Position numbers and translations under genes: made by a program. A stretch of 59,725 nt of DNA from Gammaproteobacteria bacterium. GTDB lineage: Bacteria > Pseudomonadota > Gammaproteobacteria > GCA-001735895. Positions 50,402 to 59,725 of the stretch are shown one piece after another. The DNA lies in NCBI GenBank assembly GCA_050298595.1, contig JBNKUM010000041.1, positions 1 to 59,725 on the forward strand. The letters are read 5' to 3'. Every line of letters begins with the position of its first letter. Positions within the stretch are counted from its first letter, which is position 1. The notes beneath the pieces were generated by a model. That model was not told where the DNA came from. It did not search any database and saw only the letters and a list, made by a program, of their open reading frames with translations.

Positions 50402-50783
50402 AGAAAAATACTCTCACCCTTTCACCGCAAATTCAACTTTCGATTATGGCAGGGGCTTGTCAGTCATATGCCCAGTTACGAATGACAGCAATAGAAAAAT
50501 CTAAGCCTGGGATATGTGACATTGTGTTTTCTGTGCCCTACGTAGTGAATAAAAGTCATAAACATAGCCGACAAAAGCCGGCTTCAATTTATGACATAAG
50601 TGAACAAGATTTAGATTCAAATCTTGATCTTAACTGCATCAATTACAGTTTCACTATAAGTTGCACTTATAGTCAGTAGCATTATTTCGTTTGCACTATT
50701 GACTGGAAGCGGTTAGCAATATATTGACCAATATATTCTTCCGAAAAAGATTGCCACACTGCGCAATGATGGCAGCGAACAAC

Positions 50784-51824
50784 TTAATCAGAATTCCCGT
50801 GGAATATTTTGACAAGACTGGTAAAGAGTTTTTTGTCGAATCGATTCATCATTGTGTTTTTCATCAACTTTAAGGCTTCAAAACTGGAAAGGGCCTGTTT
50901 ATAAGATCTTTCTGCGGTTAAGGCGGAGTAAACATCGACGATTGCACAGATTTTTCCATACAGATGGATATCATCCCCTTTTAGTTTTTCTGGATAACCC
51001 GATCCATCGATTGCTTCGTGATGTTGCATGACGATAATCTTGCACTCTTCTGAAAGAGCTTTGGCCTGTTGCAGCATTTGATGCCCCTGATATGGGTGTG
51101 AATACACCAGTTGCATTTCAGCATCAGTCAATTTTCCAGGCTTGTTCAAAATACTGAAATCAATATCGACTTTACCGAGATCATGCAAAAAGAAACCTGC
51201 GGCGAGCTCATTCAAATCATGACCGCCTGAATGTTGAAGCAACTGTTTGCTTAAAATGATGCTGATAATCCCAACGTTCACAGAGTGGGTGTAAGTATAG
51301 AAGTCATGCGATGTAATGCGTAACAGGTTCATTGCTGTATCATTTTCGGTTAAAACCATTTCCGATATGTGATAGATAGTTTCCTTGCAAATTTTGATAT
51401 TTTCAGCAGAGGGGAATTCCAGTATATGTTTCATCATATCGATACTATGATAATAAACATATGTCGATTTCTGTTCGGGAGAGAGTCTGCAGTCTTGCAG
51501 AACATTCTTTAGTTCGTCAGTTATTAATTTCTCTGGTTCCCAACTTTTGGGGACGTTTTCAAGCCTGGGATCTTTAACTTTTTCGGTATTGAGGGTAGAA
51601 AATTGATTTTCGAGGGCTTTGGTGCTGGTCTTTTCTGGCTGGATATTGCTACGTTCAAAATCAACAATAACTTGTTCTAATTTCAGAGCTTTAACTTTTT
51701 TAAGTTGCTCATCGGTGGTGATTAAAAATTTGTTTTTTAAAAAGTCATGCGACATCCAGGAAAGCGGTAGTTCCACGAACATACCGATCTGTAATTCTTT
51801 TAAGGCTATGGATACTTTGTTCAT
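50784..51824 (-). CDS. HD-GYP c-di-GMP phosphodiesterase with N-terminal DUF3391-like domain
   Basis: LQIGMFV N-terminus; YTHSVNV, LHDLGK, HHE..DGSGYP. Confidence 0.88.
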   Translation of the reverse strand: MNKVSIALKELQIGMFVELPLSWMSHDFLKNKFLITTDEQLKKVKALKLEQVIVDFERSNIQPEKTSTKALENQFSTLNTEKVKDPRLENVPKSWEPEKLITDELKNVLQDCRLSPEQKSTYVYYHSIDMMKHILEFPSAENIKICKETIYHISEMVLTENDTAMNLLRITSHDFYTYTHSVNVGIISIILSKQLLQHSGGHDLNELAAGFFLHDLGKVDIDFSILNKPGKLTDAEMQLVYSHPYQGHQMLQQAKALSEECKIIVMQHHEAIDGSGYPEKLKGDDIHLYGKICAIVDVYSALTAERSYKQALSSFEALKLMKNTMMNRFDKKLFTSLVKIFHGNSD

Positions 51825-51870
51825 TTAAAATTCCTGAACGAACTCACCACGAGGTCGATAATTAACAAAA

Positions 51871-51975
51871 GGTAAACCACCGGCTCTGCCGTTGGACAAT
51901 AAAAGTTTAGTGTTTCCGGGATTCATCGGAAGTCTTCACACCTCAGTGAACTGCCTAAAGTTCAAAAGTGAGAGC
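51871..51975 (+). mobile_element. IS200/IS605-family left-end remnant without tnpA
   Basis: Hairpin aaccaccggc-tct-gccgttgga, then aaaagttt..ttccggga..gaagtcttc..gtgaactgc..aaagttca; resembles IS200-type left ends as I recall them. Confidence 0.55.
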
Positions 51976-52020
51976 CGCTCTGATATATTATATTATGTCT
52001 CTGCGAAGCGCCTCTTAACT

Positions 52021-52905
52021 CTACTTTAAAGAGTGATTTGCAGCACGTTCCAGTGTGGTGATCAAAGCTGAATGATCCAGCGCGCCACCGCCTGCTTGGG
52101 CGGCACAGCTATTAAACAGTTGCAGGGTTGATGCGGTATTTGGCAGACTAATGCCTAGTTCATGTGCAGCATTTAGCGCCAGGTTTAAATCCTTACGATG
52201 CTGGTCTATACGAAACCCTGGCTGAAACTGGCGCTTGATCATTTTCTCACCATGCACTTCCAGCACTCGCGAAGAAGCAAAGCCTCCCATCAATGCATTA
52301 CGTACCTGCTCTGGGTCGGCTCCTGCCTTAGCGACGAATACCAGCGCTTCGGCCACCGCTTCCATATTCAGCCCGACGATGATTTGATTGGCAATCTTGC
52401 AGATTTGCCCACTACCGGTAGCGCCAACCAGGGTGATGTTTTTACCCATAATTTCCAATATTGGTTTGATTTGATCAAAGGTTTGCTGATCACCGCCCAC
52501 CATAATGGTCAGGCTGGCGTTTTCTGCAGCGGTTTGTCCGCCAGATACCGGTGCATCCAGGTATTCACAACCCAGTTGATTGGCCCGGCGCGCAAATTCG
52601 CGGGTTTCTGCTGGGGCAATAGAGCTCATATCTATAATCACCTTGCCGGGAGAGATATTGTCCAGTATGCCATTTTCACCAAGCAATACGGCGTTCACCT
52701 GTGGGGTGTCAGGTAACATGGTGATGATAATTTCGGATTTTGCAGCGACCTGTTGCAAAGATTCGCAGATATGAAGTCCTGCGGCTACCAGATCAGGGTG
52801 AATTTCGCTGACATTAACACAGCTATACAGGGAATGACCCGCAGCGATTAAATGACCTGCCATAGGGCGCCCCATGACACCCAGTCCAATGAATCCGATA
52901 TGCAT
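52021..52905 (-). CDS. glxR: 2-hydroxy-3-oxopropionate (tartronate semialdehyde) reductase
   Basis: GFIGLGVMG, MLPDTPQV, LDAPVSGG, CKIANQIIV, GGFASSRVLEVHG. Confidence 0.85.
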   Translation of the reverse strand: MHIGFIGLGVMGRPMAGHLIAAGHSLYSCVNVSEIHPDLVAAGLHICESLQQVAAKSEIIITMLPDTPQVNAVLLGENGILDNISPGKVIIDMSSIAPAETREFARRANQLGCEYLDAPVSGGQTAAENASLTIMVGGDQQTFDQIKPILEIMGKNITLVGATGSGQICKIANQIIVGLNMEAVAEALVFVAKAGADPEQVRNALMGGFASSRVLEVHGEKMIKRQFQPGFRIDQHRKDLNLALNAAHELGISLPNTASTLQLFNSCAAQAGGGALDHSALITTLERAANHSLK

Positions 52906-52992
52906 AATAGACTCTCCGGTTTATATTAACGGAGTATCAGTGTAAGCAGTCAATTTGTAAAGTTATAGACCTGATCGTTTAGGGAGTGGGTG

Positions 52993-53181
52993 TTATTTCA
53001 TAAGCATACGTTGAATTTTTTTAAAAAAAGACATTCGTTTTTCGCTGAGTGGGGCGCGTACAGGTTCGGGACAATAGTTAACGCTAAAGTACTTTAAACG
53101 TTGCTTACCATTCAGTAGCTGGATTCTGTCTTCATCAAAGCTGGTGATAGTGATGCTGGTTGTAGTGTCGTCAAAATACAT
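52993..53181 (-). CDS. Possible small hypothetical protein
   Basis: 62-aa ORF only; no RBS or family recognised. Confidence 0.3.
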   Translation of the reverse strand: MYFDDTTTSITITSFDEDRIQLLNGKQRLKYFSVNYCPEPVRAPLSEKRMSFFKKIQRMLMK

Positions 53182-53767
53182 GGCGAAATCTGTCTGAATT
53201 AAAATATAAGAATTATAGAAAATTACTTAACAGCAAATGTGCTGCTGATCACGTTGAAGCTGGATACGGTCAGATTTGATAATGGTTTTGTGATCAGTTA
53301 CTCAATTGATCACTCAAAACTAATACTGAAACTGGCATCTTTTTTACTGATTGAAAACCAGGCCTGAGTATATTCCTCAAGCGTGTGTATGGAGCTCGTA
53401 TCGTCGGCGCAGTGATATCCACCAATCATACTGTGAAAGAAGATCCCCGCCTTGACCTTGAATCCAGGTTGAAAGCAGTATCAAAATATTCGCTATCCAC
53501 GCTATGTAAAACTCCACTAAATACTGACATGTGTCCTCGTTGCGATTTAAGGATTGAGTGTTACCATATGGAAACTCTGATCAATTCATGATTTTTTTAT
53601 ACTGGCTATAAATGCCCCGATTCATTCCGAAGATCGCAGCAATAGGATGGCTATTACAGCTTACTTCGAAATAAATTGGAACATTTCTATCTCAGTCAAA
53701 AAATCAACCAGAAATAATCAGAAGTTCCATAACAAAAAACGAGAACCCGTCGGATGACTCATTGCCA

Positions 53768-54649
53768 ATGACCACTATTCTAGAAGCCAGGAACCTGCTC
53801 AAAATCTACCCCGGTATCCGTGCCGCCGATGGTATCAGTTTCGCTGTTGAATCGGGTAGTTGCTATGGCCTGCTAGGCCCCAATGGTGCAGGCAAAACAA
53901 CTACTATGGAAATCATGGAAGGCATAATCCAGCAGGATGATGGAGAGGTTTTATATCAGGGACGATCTGCAGATGAGATCTACCGGCGCGAAATCGGTAT
54001 ACAGTTCCAAACCACTTCGTTGCAGGATTTTCAAACTGTACATGAAGCGCTTATCATGTTTGCCGCCCTGTACGATGAATCAGCCGATACCGATGAATTG
54101 ATTGAGCTCTGTCATCTACATGAATTTATCAATCGCGATACGCGCAAGCTCTCCGGTGGGCAACGCCAGCGCCTGTTGCTAGCAATCGCACTGGTAAACA
54201 ACCCCAGGCTGGTGTTTCTGGATGAGCCTACAACCGGGCTTGATCCACAAGCACGGCGTAACTTCTGGTCCCTGATCGAAGGCATCAAGCAGACCGGTAA
54301 AACCATATTGCTCACCACTCACTATATGGAAGAAGCCTACCGCCTGTGCGACCAGATAGCGATTGTGGATCACGGTAAAATCATCATCGAAGGCAAACCC
54401 GATGAATTATTAAAGCAGCATTTTCAGAGCAGTATCATTCGCCTGCCGCAACGGGCAGTTACTGATTGCACTGTTTTGCCAGAAGACATTCAACTGGTGG
54501 ATAAACAATACGAGCTATTTACCGACGATGTGCCGGCATCCATTGCCATGCTGGAAAAAAGGGGTTTCACCCTGAGCGATTGTCAGATCAGCGCGCCAAC
54601 ACTGGAAGACCTGTTTCTGAAACTTACCGGCCATGCCCTGAGAAGCTAA
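53768..54649 (+). CDS. ABC-2 exporter ATP-binding protein
   Basis: GPNGAGKTT, LSGGQRQR, LDEPTTGLDP, TLEDLFL. Confidence 0.9.
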   Translation: MTTILEARNLLKIYPGIRAADGISFAVESGSCYGLLGPNGAGKTTTMEIMEGIIQQDDGEVLYQGRSADEIYRREIGIQFQTTSLQDFQTVHEALIMFAALYDESADTDELIELCHLHEFINRDTRKLSGGQRQRLLLAIALVNNPRLVFLDEPTTGLDPQARRNFWSLIEGIKQTGKTILLTTHYMEEAYRLCDQIAIVDHGKIIIEGKPDELLKQHFQSSIIRLPQRAVTDCTVLPEDIQLVDKQYELFTDDVPASIAMLEKRGFTLSDCQISAPTLEDLFLKLTGHALRS

Positions 54650-54652
54650 GTC

Positions 54653-55675
54653 ATGAACATTAAACGTATCAGAGCCATACTCAAAGCTAGATTCCGTGAG
54701 TATTATCGGGATACCTCGTCATGGGCGTGGAATCTGTTTATGCCATTTATGATCCTGCTCGGGTTTACTTTCATCTTTAGCGGTGAATCGCAGAATGTAT
54801 TCAAGGTTGCTGTGTATCCAGCAGCTCAAACTAACGCTCAGTTAGAGCGCTTTATACAAACTAAATACGTCAATATTATCGAGTCCGATGACCTGCAGAA
54901 AATGATTACACGCGTCGAAAGACATCAGGTCGATATGCTGATCGATAGCAGAGCTGGCCTGCGATACTGGATCAACGAATATTCTCCCAAAGGGTATCTG
55001 GTTGAAAAACTACTACGTGAATCGCTGCTCAGCGAACAAACTCCAGCTTTGCAGCGTGAAGTAGTGACCGGTAAAAATATTCGCTATGCAGACTGGTTAC
55101 TACCCGGTGTGCTGGCGATGAATATGATGTTTTCCTGCCTGTGGGGCGTGGGCTGGGTGGTGGTCAGATACCGAAAAAATGGGGTGCTACGTCGTTTACA
55201 GGCAACGACTCTGACTCCATTTGAGTTTCTGACTGCGCAGGTATTTGCGCGGCTCATCATTATTACTATCGTTACCATACTTGTTTATCTGGGGGCCGAT
55301 CTAATTGTTGATTTCACCATGCATGGCTCCTATCTGGCGTTATTCCTGGTGTTTTTCAGTGGCGCTGCCTGCCTCACTAGCATGGGCCTGATTGTCGCAA
55401 CACGACTTAAAACTGAAGAGGTGGCAGATGGTCTGCTCAATCTGATGAGTTGGCCGATGATGATTCTATCCGGTGTATGGTTTTCCATGGAAGGTACCCA
55501 CCCGGTTGCTCAGTATCTGTCACAGATATTTCCACTAACGCATATTGTCGATGCTGCGCGCAGGATTATGATCGATGGGGCGGGAGTGATGGACGTTGCA
55601 TTTGAGATAGGCCTGTTGTGGTTGCTGACGTTGTTATTTCTCACCTTGTCAGCACGTTTATTCAGATGGTCCTAA
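54653..55675 (+). CDS. ABC-2 exporter permease
   Basis: LPGVLAMNMMF, LSGVWF, FPLTH; six TM segments. Confidence 0.88.
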   Translation: MNIKRIRAILKARFREYYRDTSSWAWNLFMPFMILLGFTFIFSGESQNVFKVAVYPAAQTNAQLERFIQTKYVNIIESDDLQKMITRVERHQVDMLIDSRAGLRYWINEYSPKGYLVEKLLRESLLSEQTPALQREVVTGKNIRYADWLLPGVLAMNMMFSCLWGVGWVVVRYRKNGVLRRLQATTLTPFEFLTAQVFARLIIITIVTILVYLGADLIVDFTMHGSYLALFLVFFSGAACLTSMGLIVATRLKTEEVADGLLNLMSWPMMILSGVWFSMEGTHPVAQYLSQIFPLTHIVDAARRIMIDGAGVMDVAFEIGLLWLLTLLFLTLSARLFRWS

Positions 55676-55696
55676 ACCCCAGCGTCAAGCACAATG

Positions 55697-56386
55697 TTAA
55701 AAATCCTGAGTATTTAAAATCCAGCCGCGAGAAGGTTGATTCTTGATCAGGTCGTATTTGAGTTTTTTACGTAGCTCACTGATCAGATTTTTAAGAGCGG
55801 GTTCGGTCATGTCTCCATTGGCCCAGATGGTTTTAGAAATTTCTGACTTTCCCACGATGCGATGATTATTGTTGAGTAATAATTCAAGCAGCATACACTC
55901 TTTTTGACCCAGGCTGACTTCCTGATTGTCAACGTATAATATTTTATGCAGTGGGTGGTAAGCGACATGTTCATTCAGGTTATAAGAGCTGACTTTATAT
56001 TCCAGCCGTTTGGCAGTACGGTCTAATGCAGCATCGAATTTTTTAAAGCTAAGCGGCTTGGTGATATAACCATCTATACATAAATTAGCTGCCCGCATCA
56101 GGTAGCGATTCTGGCTGTACGCACTCAGTATAATGACTGGAATTTCTGGATCTAACTGGCGTATAGACTCAATGAGAGAAAAGCCATCTTCGTCAGGCAT
56201 CTCAATATCTGTAATGACAATATCAATAGGTTTTTGTTTAAAAAAAGCCAAAGCCTCGTTGTAATTTTCTGCATGTGTAATGCTTTTAAACGTAAGAGAA
56301 AAAATGCTGTCGATTTCGTCGCTGATATGATCGTTATCGTCAACGAATAGCAAGTTCAGGTTTTTCAGAATTAGTTTGGTATTCAT
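55697..56386 (-). CDS. Orphan OmpR-family response regulator
   Basis: FVDD, ITDIEMPDEDG, YITKP; winged-helix LKNLISELRKKL. Confidence 0.85.
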   Translation of the reverse strand: MNTKLILKNLNLLFVDDNDHISDEIDSIFSLTFKSITHAENYNEALAFFKQKPIDIVITDIEMPDEDGFSLIESIRQLDPEIPVIILSAYSQNRYLMRAANLCIDGYITKPLSFKKFDAALDRTAKRLEYKVSSYNLNEHVAYHPLHKILYVDNQEVSLGQKECMLLELLLNNNHRIVGKSEISKTIWANGDMTEPALKNLISELRKKLKYDLIKNQPSRGWILNTQDF

Positions 56387-56591
56387 TAGCTATGTTTCCA
56401 GGTAAAACTTTGCGTTAGCTTTAACGCACCCGTTGAATATTTGGAGGACATGATATTGTTAAACATTGCCTGTTTAAAGGCTATTAATTATGGATTAGTC
56501 AGTTAAATTTAAAAATCAGACTCGTTTGAGACCTGTGCTGAGGTATAAAACACAGCAATTAAACATAGTATTTCATGGGATTAAATATCAT

Positions 56592-58250
56592 ATGTTTTTT
56601 AAACGGGTTATCGGATGTATTTTGCTGGGTAGCATCTGCGGTTCAGTTTATGCGGAAGGTAGTTTTCTGGTTGGTCTTAATCAGCCTTTATCAGATTTTA
56701 CAGCCTCAACATATCCACAGAAGGTGGATATTATTAGTGCGGCAGAAGTGATAAATATTTCACTTTGTGGTGCAGCTGATACTGATAGTGTGAGCGTTGA
56801 AATACTCGATCCGGACGGTGTTTCTGTCTATGGCCCAGTAACACGGATGAGTGGTAATGTATCCTGCAGTGACCCCTTTACCGCTTCTCAGACCCCGACC
56901 AACCCGATAAGTTATTCCACGAACAGAACCGGTAGCTTTACCGTTCGTTTGGAGAATGACATTGGATTCGCTATCAATCGCTTCGATACCAACTATGTAT
57001 GGAATCTGGATCTGAATAATTTTTCTGGCAACCTGTACACTCTGGTTGCGAATGATTTGGGGATAAATGCCCCTTATTCTGGCTACAGTATCCCTACCTC
57101 AAAAGGCCGTGTCATTGCCAGGCATCCACAATATCAAAGTTATCCAGCAATTGTCGATCCAGGACCTGATGAATCGCCAGTATTAACCGGGGGCTTCACC
57201 TTTATTGACGATGCCGAGACCAGTGGCGGCACACAAGATGGCTTAACCATTTTTATGGCGAATAGTGATGGCAGCACTGTAGATACCAGAGTGTATTGGG
57301 ATGATGAGACCTACCTTACAGGAATATCCATTCTGCCAGAAAACATATCTGGAGTGATTTTACCAGCGGCGGTTTCGGTGATATGGCTTACATAGATACC
57401 TATGTTTACGGTCTGGTGCCAACTTATACAGCGATCAAGGCCATTGTTAGCGATGATAAATTGCAGACAGACACGGATGGGGCAATGACTGCACTCGCCA
57501 CTTCAGGGTCGGGCAATGATATAACCATCAGCGTATCCGGGCCCGATGCCAATATTCTTCCAACAGTGGTTGAAACCATAACCGTCGTAGTCAGTAATGG
57601 TACAAGCGCTGAAACCGAGAAGTTAACGTTGACCGAGAAAGGTATCAATACAGGCATTTTCAGTGTTGTATCAACGACCACTGATTCTGCTAGTACGGGT
57701 GCTAATAATGATGGCGATCTCACAGGCCGTATCGTGACGGCGAACCCGGTAAATACCTCAATGGTAGGTGCCTTCGTTGATGTGAATGACGATAGCGCTT
57801 TGGCCTCATTGCAGCTACCCGGCAGTGACAACAAAAGTATCCCTGGTACACGAGATTCAATAGCGAGAGAAGGTGCTGAATCCATAGACATAGGCCTGAG
57901 TGGTGTAGGTGAATTTACCCCTGGCTTACTTGCTCTGTTAGGAGTAGTGGCTGGTCTACGTCGTGTGAAGCTGTTAATCAGTAGCATGCTCTCAATCCTG
58001 ATGTTTTTTATGTTGCAAGGTGAAGCTCTGGCACAACAAACAAAGCAGCTGCAACAGGATAAGTATCAGCGGCATTTCTATATTGGTGCTGGGATAGGAC
58101 CTTCAAGCTTACAGCCATCCACAGCGGACTCTATATATACACTTGATAACGATACCGGTACTCACCTGTATATCGGTTCGGATCTGAGTTCTAGCTGGAG
58201 TGTTGAACTAGGCCTGTCCGATTTAGAGTCATTACAGTTATTTCCCTTGG
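56592..58250 (+). pseudogene. Frameshifted, internally deleted secreted surface protein with OmpA-like barrel start (copy 1)
   Basis: Signal peptide MFFKRV...VYA; frame change near 57330 (the second frame reads RKHIWSDFTSGGFGDMAYIDTYVYG); Ig-like, Asp-rich, TM and barrel-start (HFYIGAGIG) segments; truncated. Confidence 0.65.
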
Positions 58251-58271
58251 CCAAACCTTGGCCTCTACTTT

Positions 58272-58299
58272 GGCCGTGCATTTATGCACGGTCTTTTTT
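58272..58299 (+). terminator. Rho-independent terminator closing copy 1
   Basis: ggccgtgcat-tt-atgcacggtc followed by a T run. Confidence 0.6.
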
Positions 58300-58477
58300 A
58301 ATTCTCATTGGGTGAAATTCCCCGACCGCTTGCGGCGGGGTTTTTCACTCAACATATCAATGCCTTACGTCAGATAATAGCGGTCAACTGCGAAATCCAG
58401 GTTTAAGTAAATTATTCATAAAATACCAGTTATATAAAAATTCGACTTGTTTAAGACTCTTTGATAATGGTTCAATC

Positions 58478-59063
58478 GACTACAACAACGGTATTCCTGA
58501 TATTCGAGACTCAGCTGCAAGTGAAAATACTGGCCCCATTGACATTTGTCTGAATGGTATAGATGAATTAAACCTCGGCTTACTTGCACTGTTAGGAACG
58601 CTGGCTGGTTTGCGTCGTGTGAAGCAGTTTATCAGTAGCATGCTATCACTGTGAAGCCGAGGCGCAAAACACAAAGCAGTTTCAACAGGGTGAGTATCAG
58701 CGGCATTTCTATATCGGTGCTGGAATAGGACCTTCAACCTCACAGCCATCCACAGCGCTCTCAAAATATACACTTGTGGTTCGCGTTGAAGTTCAGGCTC
58801 ATACCGATAGCTATAGAACTCTAGAAAATAATCAGAGAGTATCTGACCGACGAGCTAAGAGCGTAGTGAATTATCTTGTATCAAGAGGTGTACCTAAACA
58901 TAGGCTTGTCGCGAAGGGTTATGGTGAAACCAGTCCCATAGTTAGTAACCGTACAGTTGAAGGGAGAGCGCAGAACAGGCGTGTTGAGTTGCGTCTACTT
59001 TCAGCAGAGGAAGGTATTGATGCCTTAATTAAGAACGATATGGTTAATAATCAGGATGCTTAA
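58478..59063 (+). pseudogene. Second fragmentary copy joined to an OmpA C-terminal peptidoglycan-binding domain
   Basis: 58478-58775 is similar in DNA to ~57825-58145 with frame breaks; then VEVQAHTDS...NQRVSDRRAKSV..YL...G...KGYGETSP......GRAQNRRVE. Confidence 0.7.
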
Positions 59064-59407
59064 GCCAAGGCCAAAGCCTTGGCATAGGCAGAGGCTAATG
59101 ATGGGATACAAAGGGTGTGGGAAGAGATCGTCTTGAAGAAACAACGGGCTTTGAAGTCTAAAAACCTGATAAGTAATAGAAGGTCGTGCGAAAAATCGCC
59201 GGGTAGAGTTTAATGTTTTACAGTAATTTCCCTATTTTTTAATTGAAGCCGTTCATTTTTGCGCGGCCTGTTTTAAGGATCTCAATCATAGATTCATAAG
59301 TTTTATTTAAAAACTTAACCCGGCATGTGTAAATCAGACTGGTTTGAGACTCGGACTGTGGTATATGAAGCCCAAATAAGCATAGTATTTGCGATGGATT
59401 AAAGCAT

Positions 59408-59725
59408 ATGTTTTTAAAAAAACGAATTATGGGGTGTATTTTACTGGGCAGTATCGGCGGTTCAGTTTTTAGGGTGAATATCCTCACTGCAGGTGAAGTT
59501 ATAAATGTTTCACTTTGCGCTAGAGCTGATGAAGCTGGCAACCCTGATATCGACAACAATAGTGAGGTAGATGCCTTCGTTGATGTCAATGACGATGGCG
59601 CTTTGGCCCCAATACAGCTACCCGACAGTGATAACAACGCTATCCCTGATATACGAGATTCAGCTGCAAGTGAAAATACTGGGCCGATTGACATAGGCCT
59701 GAATGGTGTAGGTGAATTTAATCCT
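59408..59725 (+). CDS. Third, in-frame shortened paralogue, running off the window edge
   Basis: Open frame MFLKKRIMGCILLGSIGGSVF...INVSLC...DIDNN..DAFVDVNDDG..LPDSDNNAIPD...IDIGLNGVGEFNP; upstream DNA similar to 56515-56590. Confidence 0.55.
   Translation, partial: MFLKKRIMGCILLGSIGGSVFRVNILTAGEVINVSLCARADEAGNPDIDNNSEVDAFVDVNDDGALAPIQLPDSDNNAIPDIRDSAASENTGPIDIGLNGVGEFNP

Noticed and set aside
50260-50679. 139-aa plus-strand ORF
   Set aside because: Overlaps SuFu antisense and crosses attC-like hairpins; no RBS or family
53288-53318. CRP/FNR-like site (tgtgatcagttactcaattgatcac)
   Set aside because: Half-site spacing fits neither consensus
53385-53591. 68-aa ORF with CPRC, and an opposite-strand 34-aa ORF with a gagga RBS
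   Set aside because: Mutually overlapping, neither recognisable; cannot choose without conservation data
59239-59694. Minus-strand ORFs 59239-59694, 58480-58773 and 57424-57987
   Set aside because: Antisense shadows of the plus-strand surface-protein copies

Overview
A roughly 60 kb chromosomal segment of a gammaproteobacterium, inferred from the prmA-dusB-fis-purHD order, accBC-aroQ, and a groESL promoter carrying both a sigma32-like element and a CIRCE. From left to right: (1) a sucrose module with a porin, an alpha-glucoside-binding protein, a decayed transposase and sps-spp-amylosucrase; (2) a long housekeeping tract (rep, ampDE, bpt/ate, tatD, yadGH, phoPQ-like, purDH, fis, dusB, prmA, accCB, aroQ, dsbD, cutA, fxsA, groESL, csp, ilvE, glnE); (3) a Fur-boxed Fe3+ ABC operon split by a ~330 bp MITE; (4) an accessory region from ~48.2 kb with a decayed integron cassette array lacking an integrase (SuFu and dgkA cassettes with attC sites), an IS200-like end and HD-GYP/ABC genes; and (5) three differently deleted copies of a surface protein gene with an internal anchor, a second signal peptide and an OmpA-type module. 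The most notable signal missed by the ORF track is a canonical tandem NrdR-box pair over a strong promoter. It drives no nrd gene, only a 69-aa Zn-ribbon protein followed by an unannotated 47-aa membrane peptide. All product calls come from motif recognition by eye; no database search was run. No rRNA, tRNA or CRISPR array was seen.
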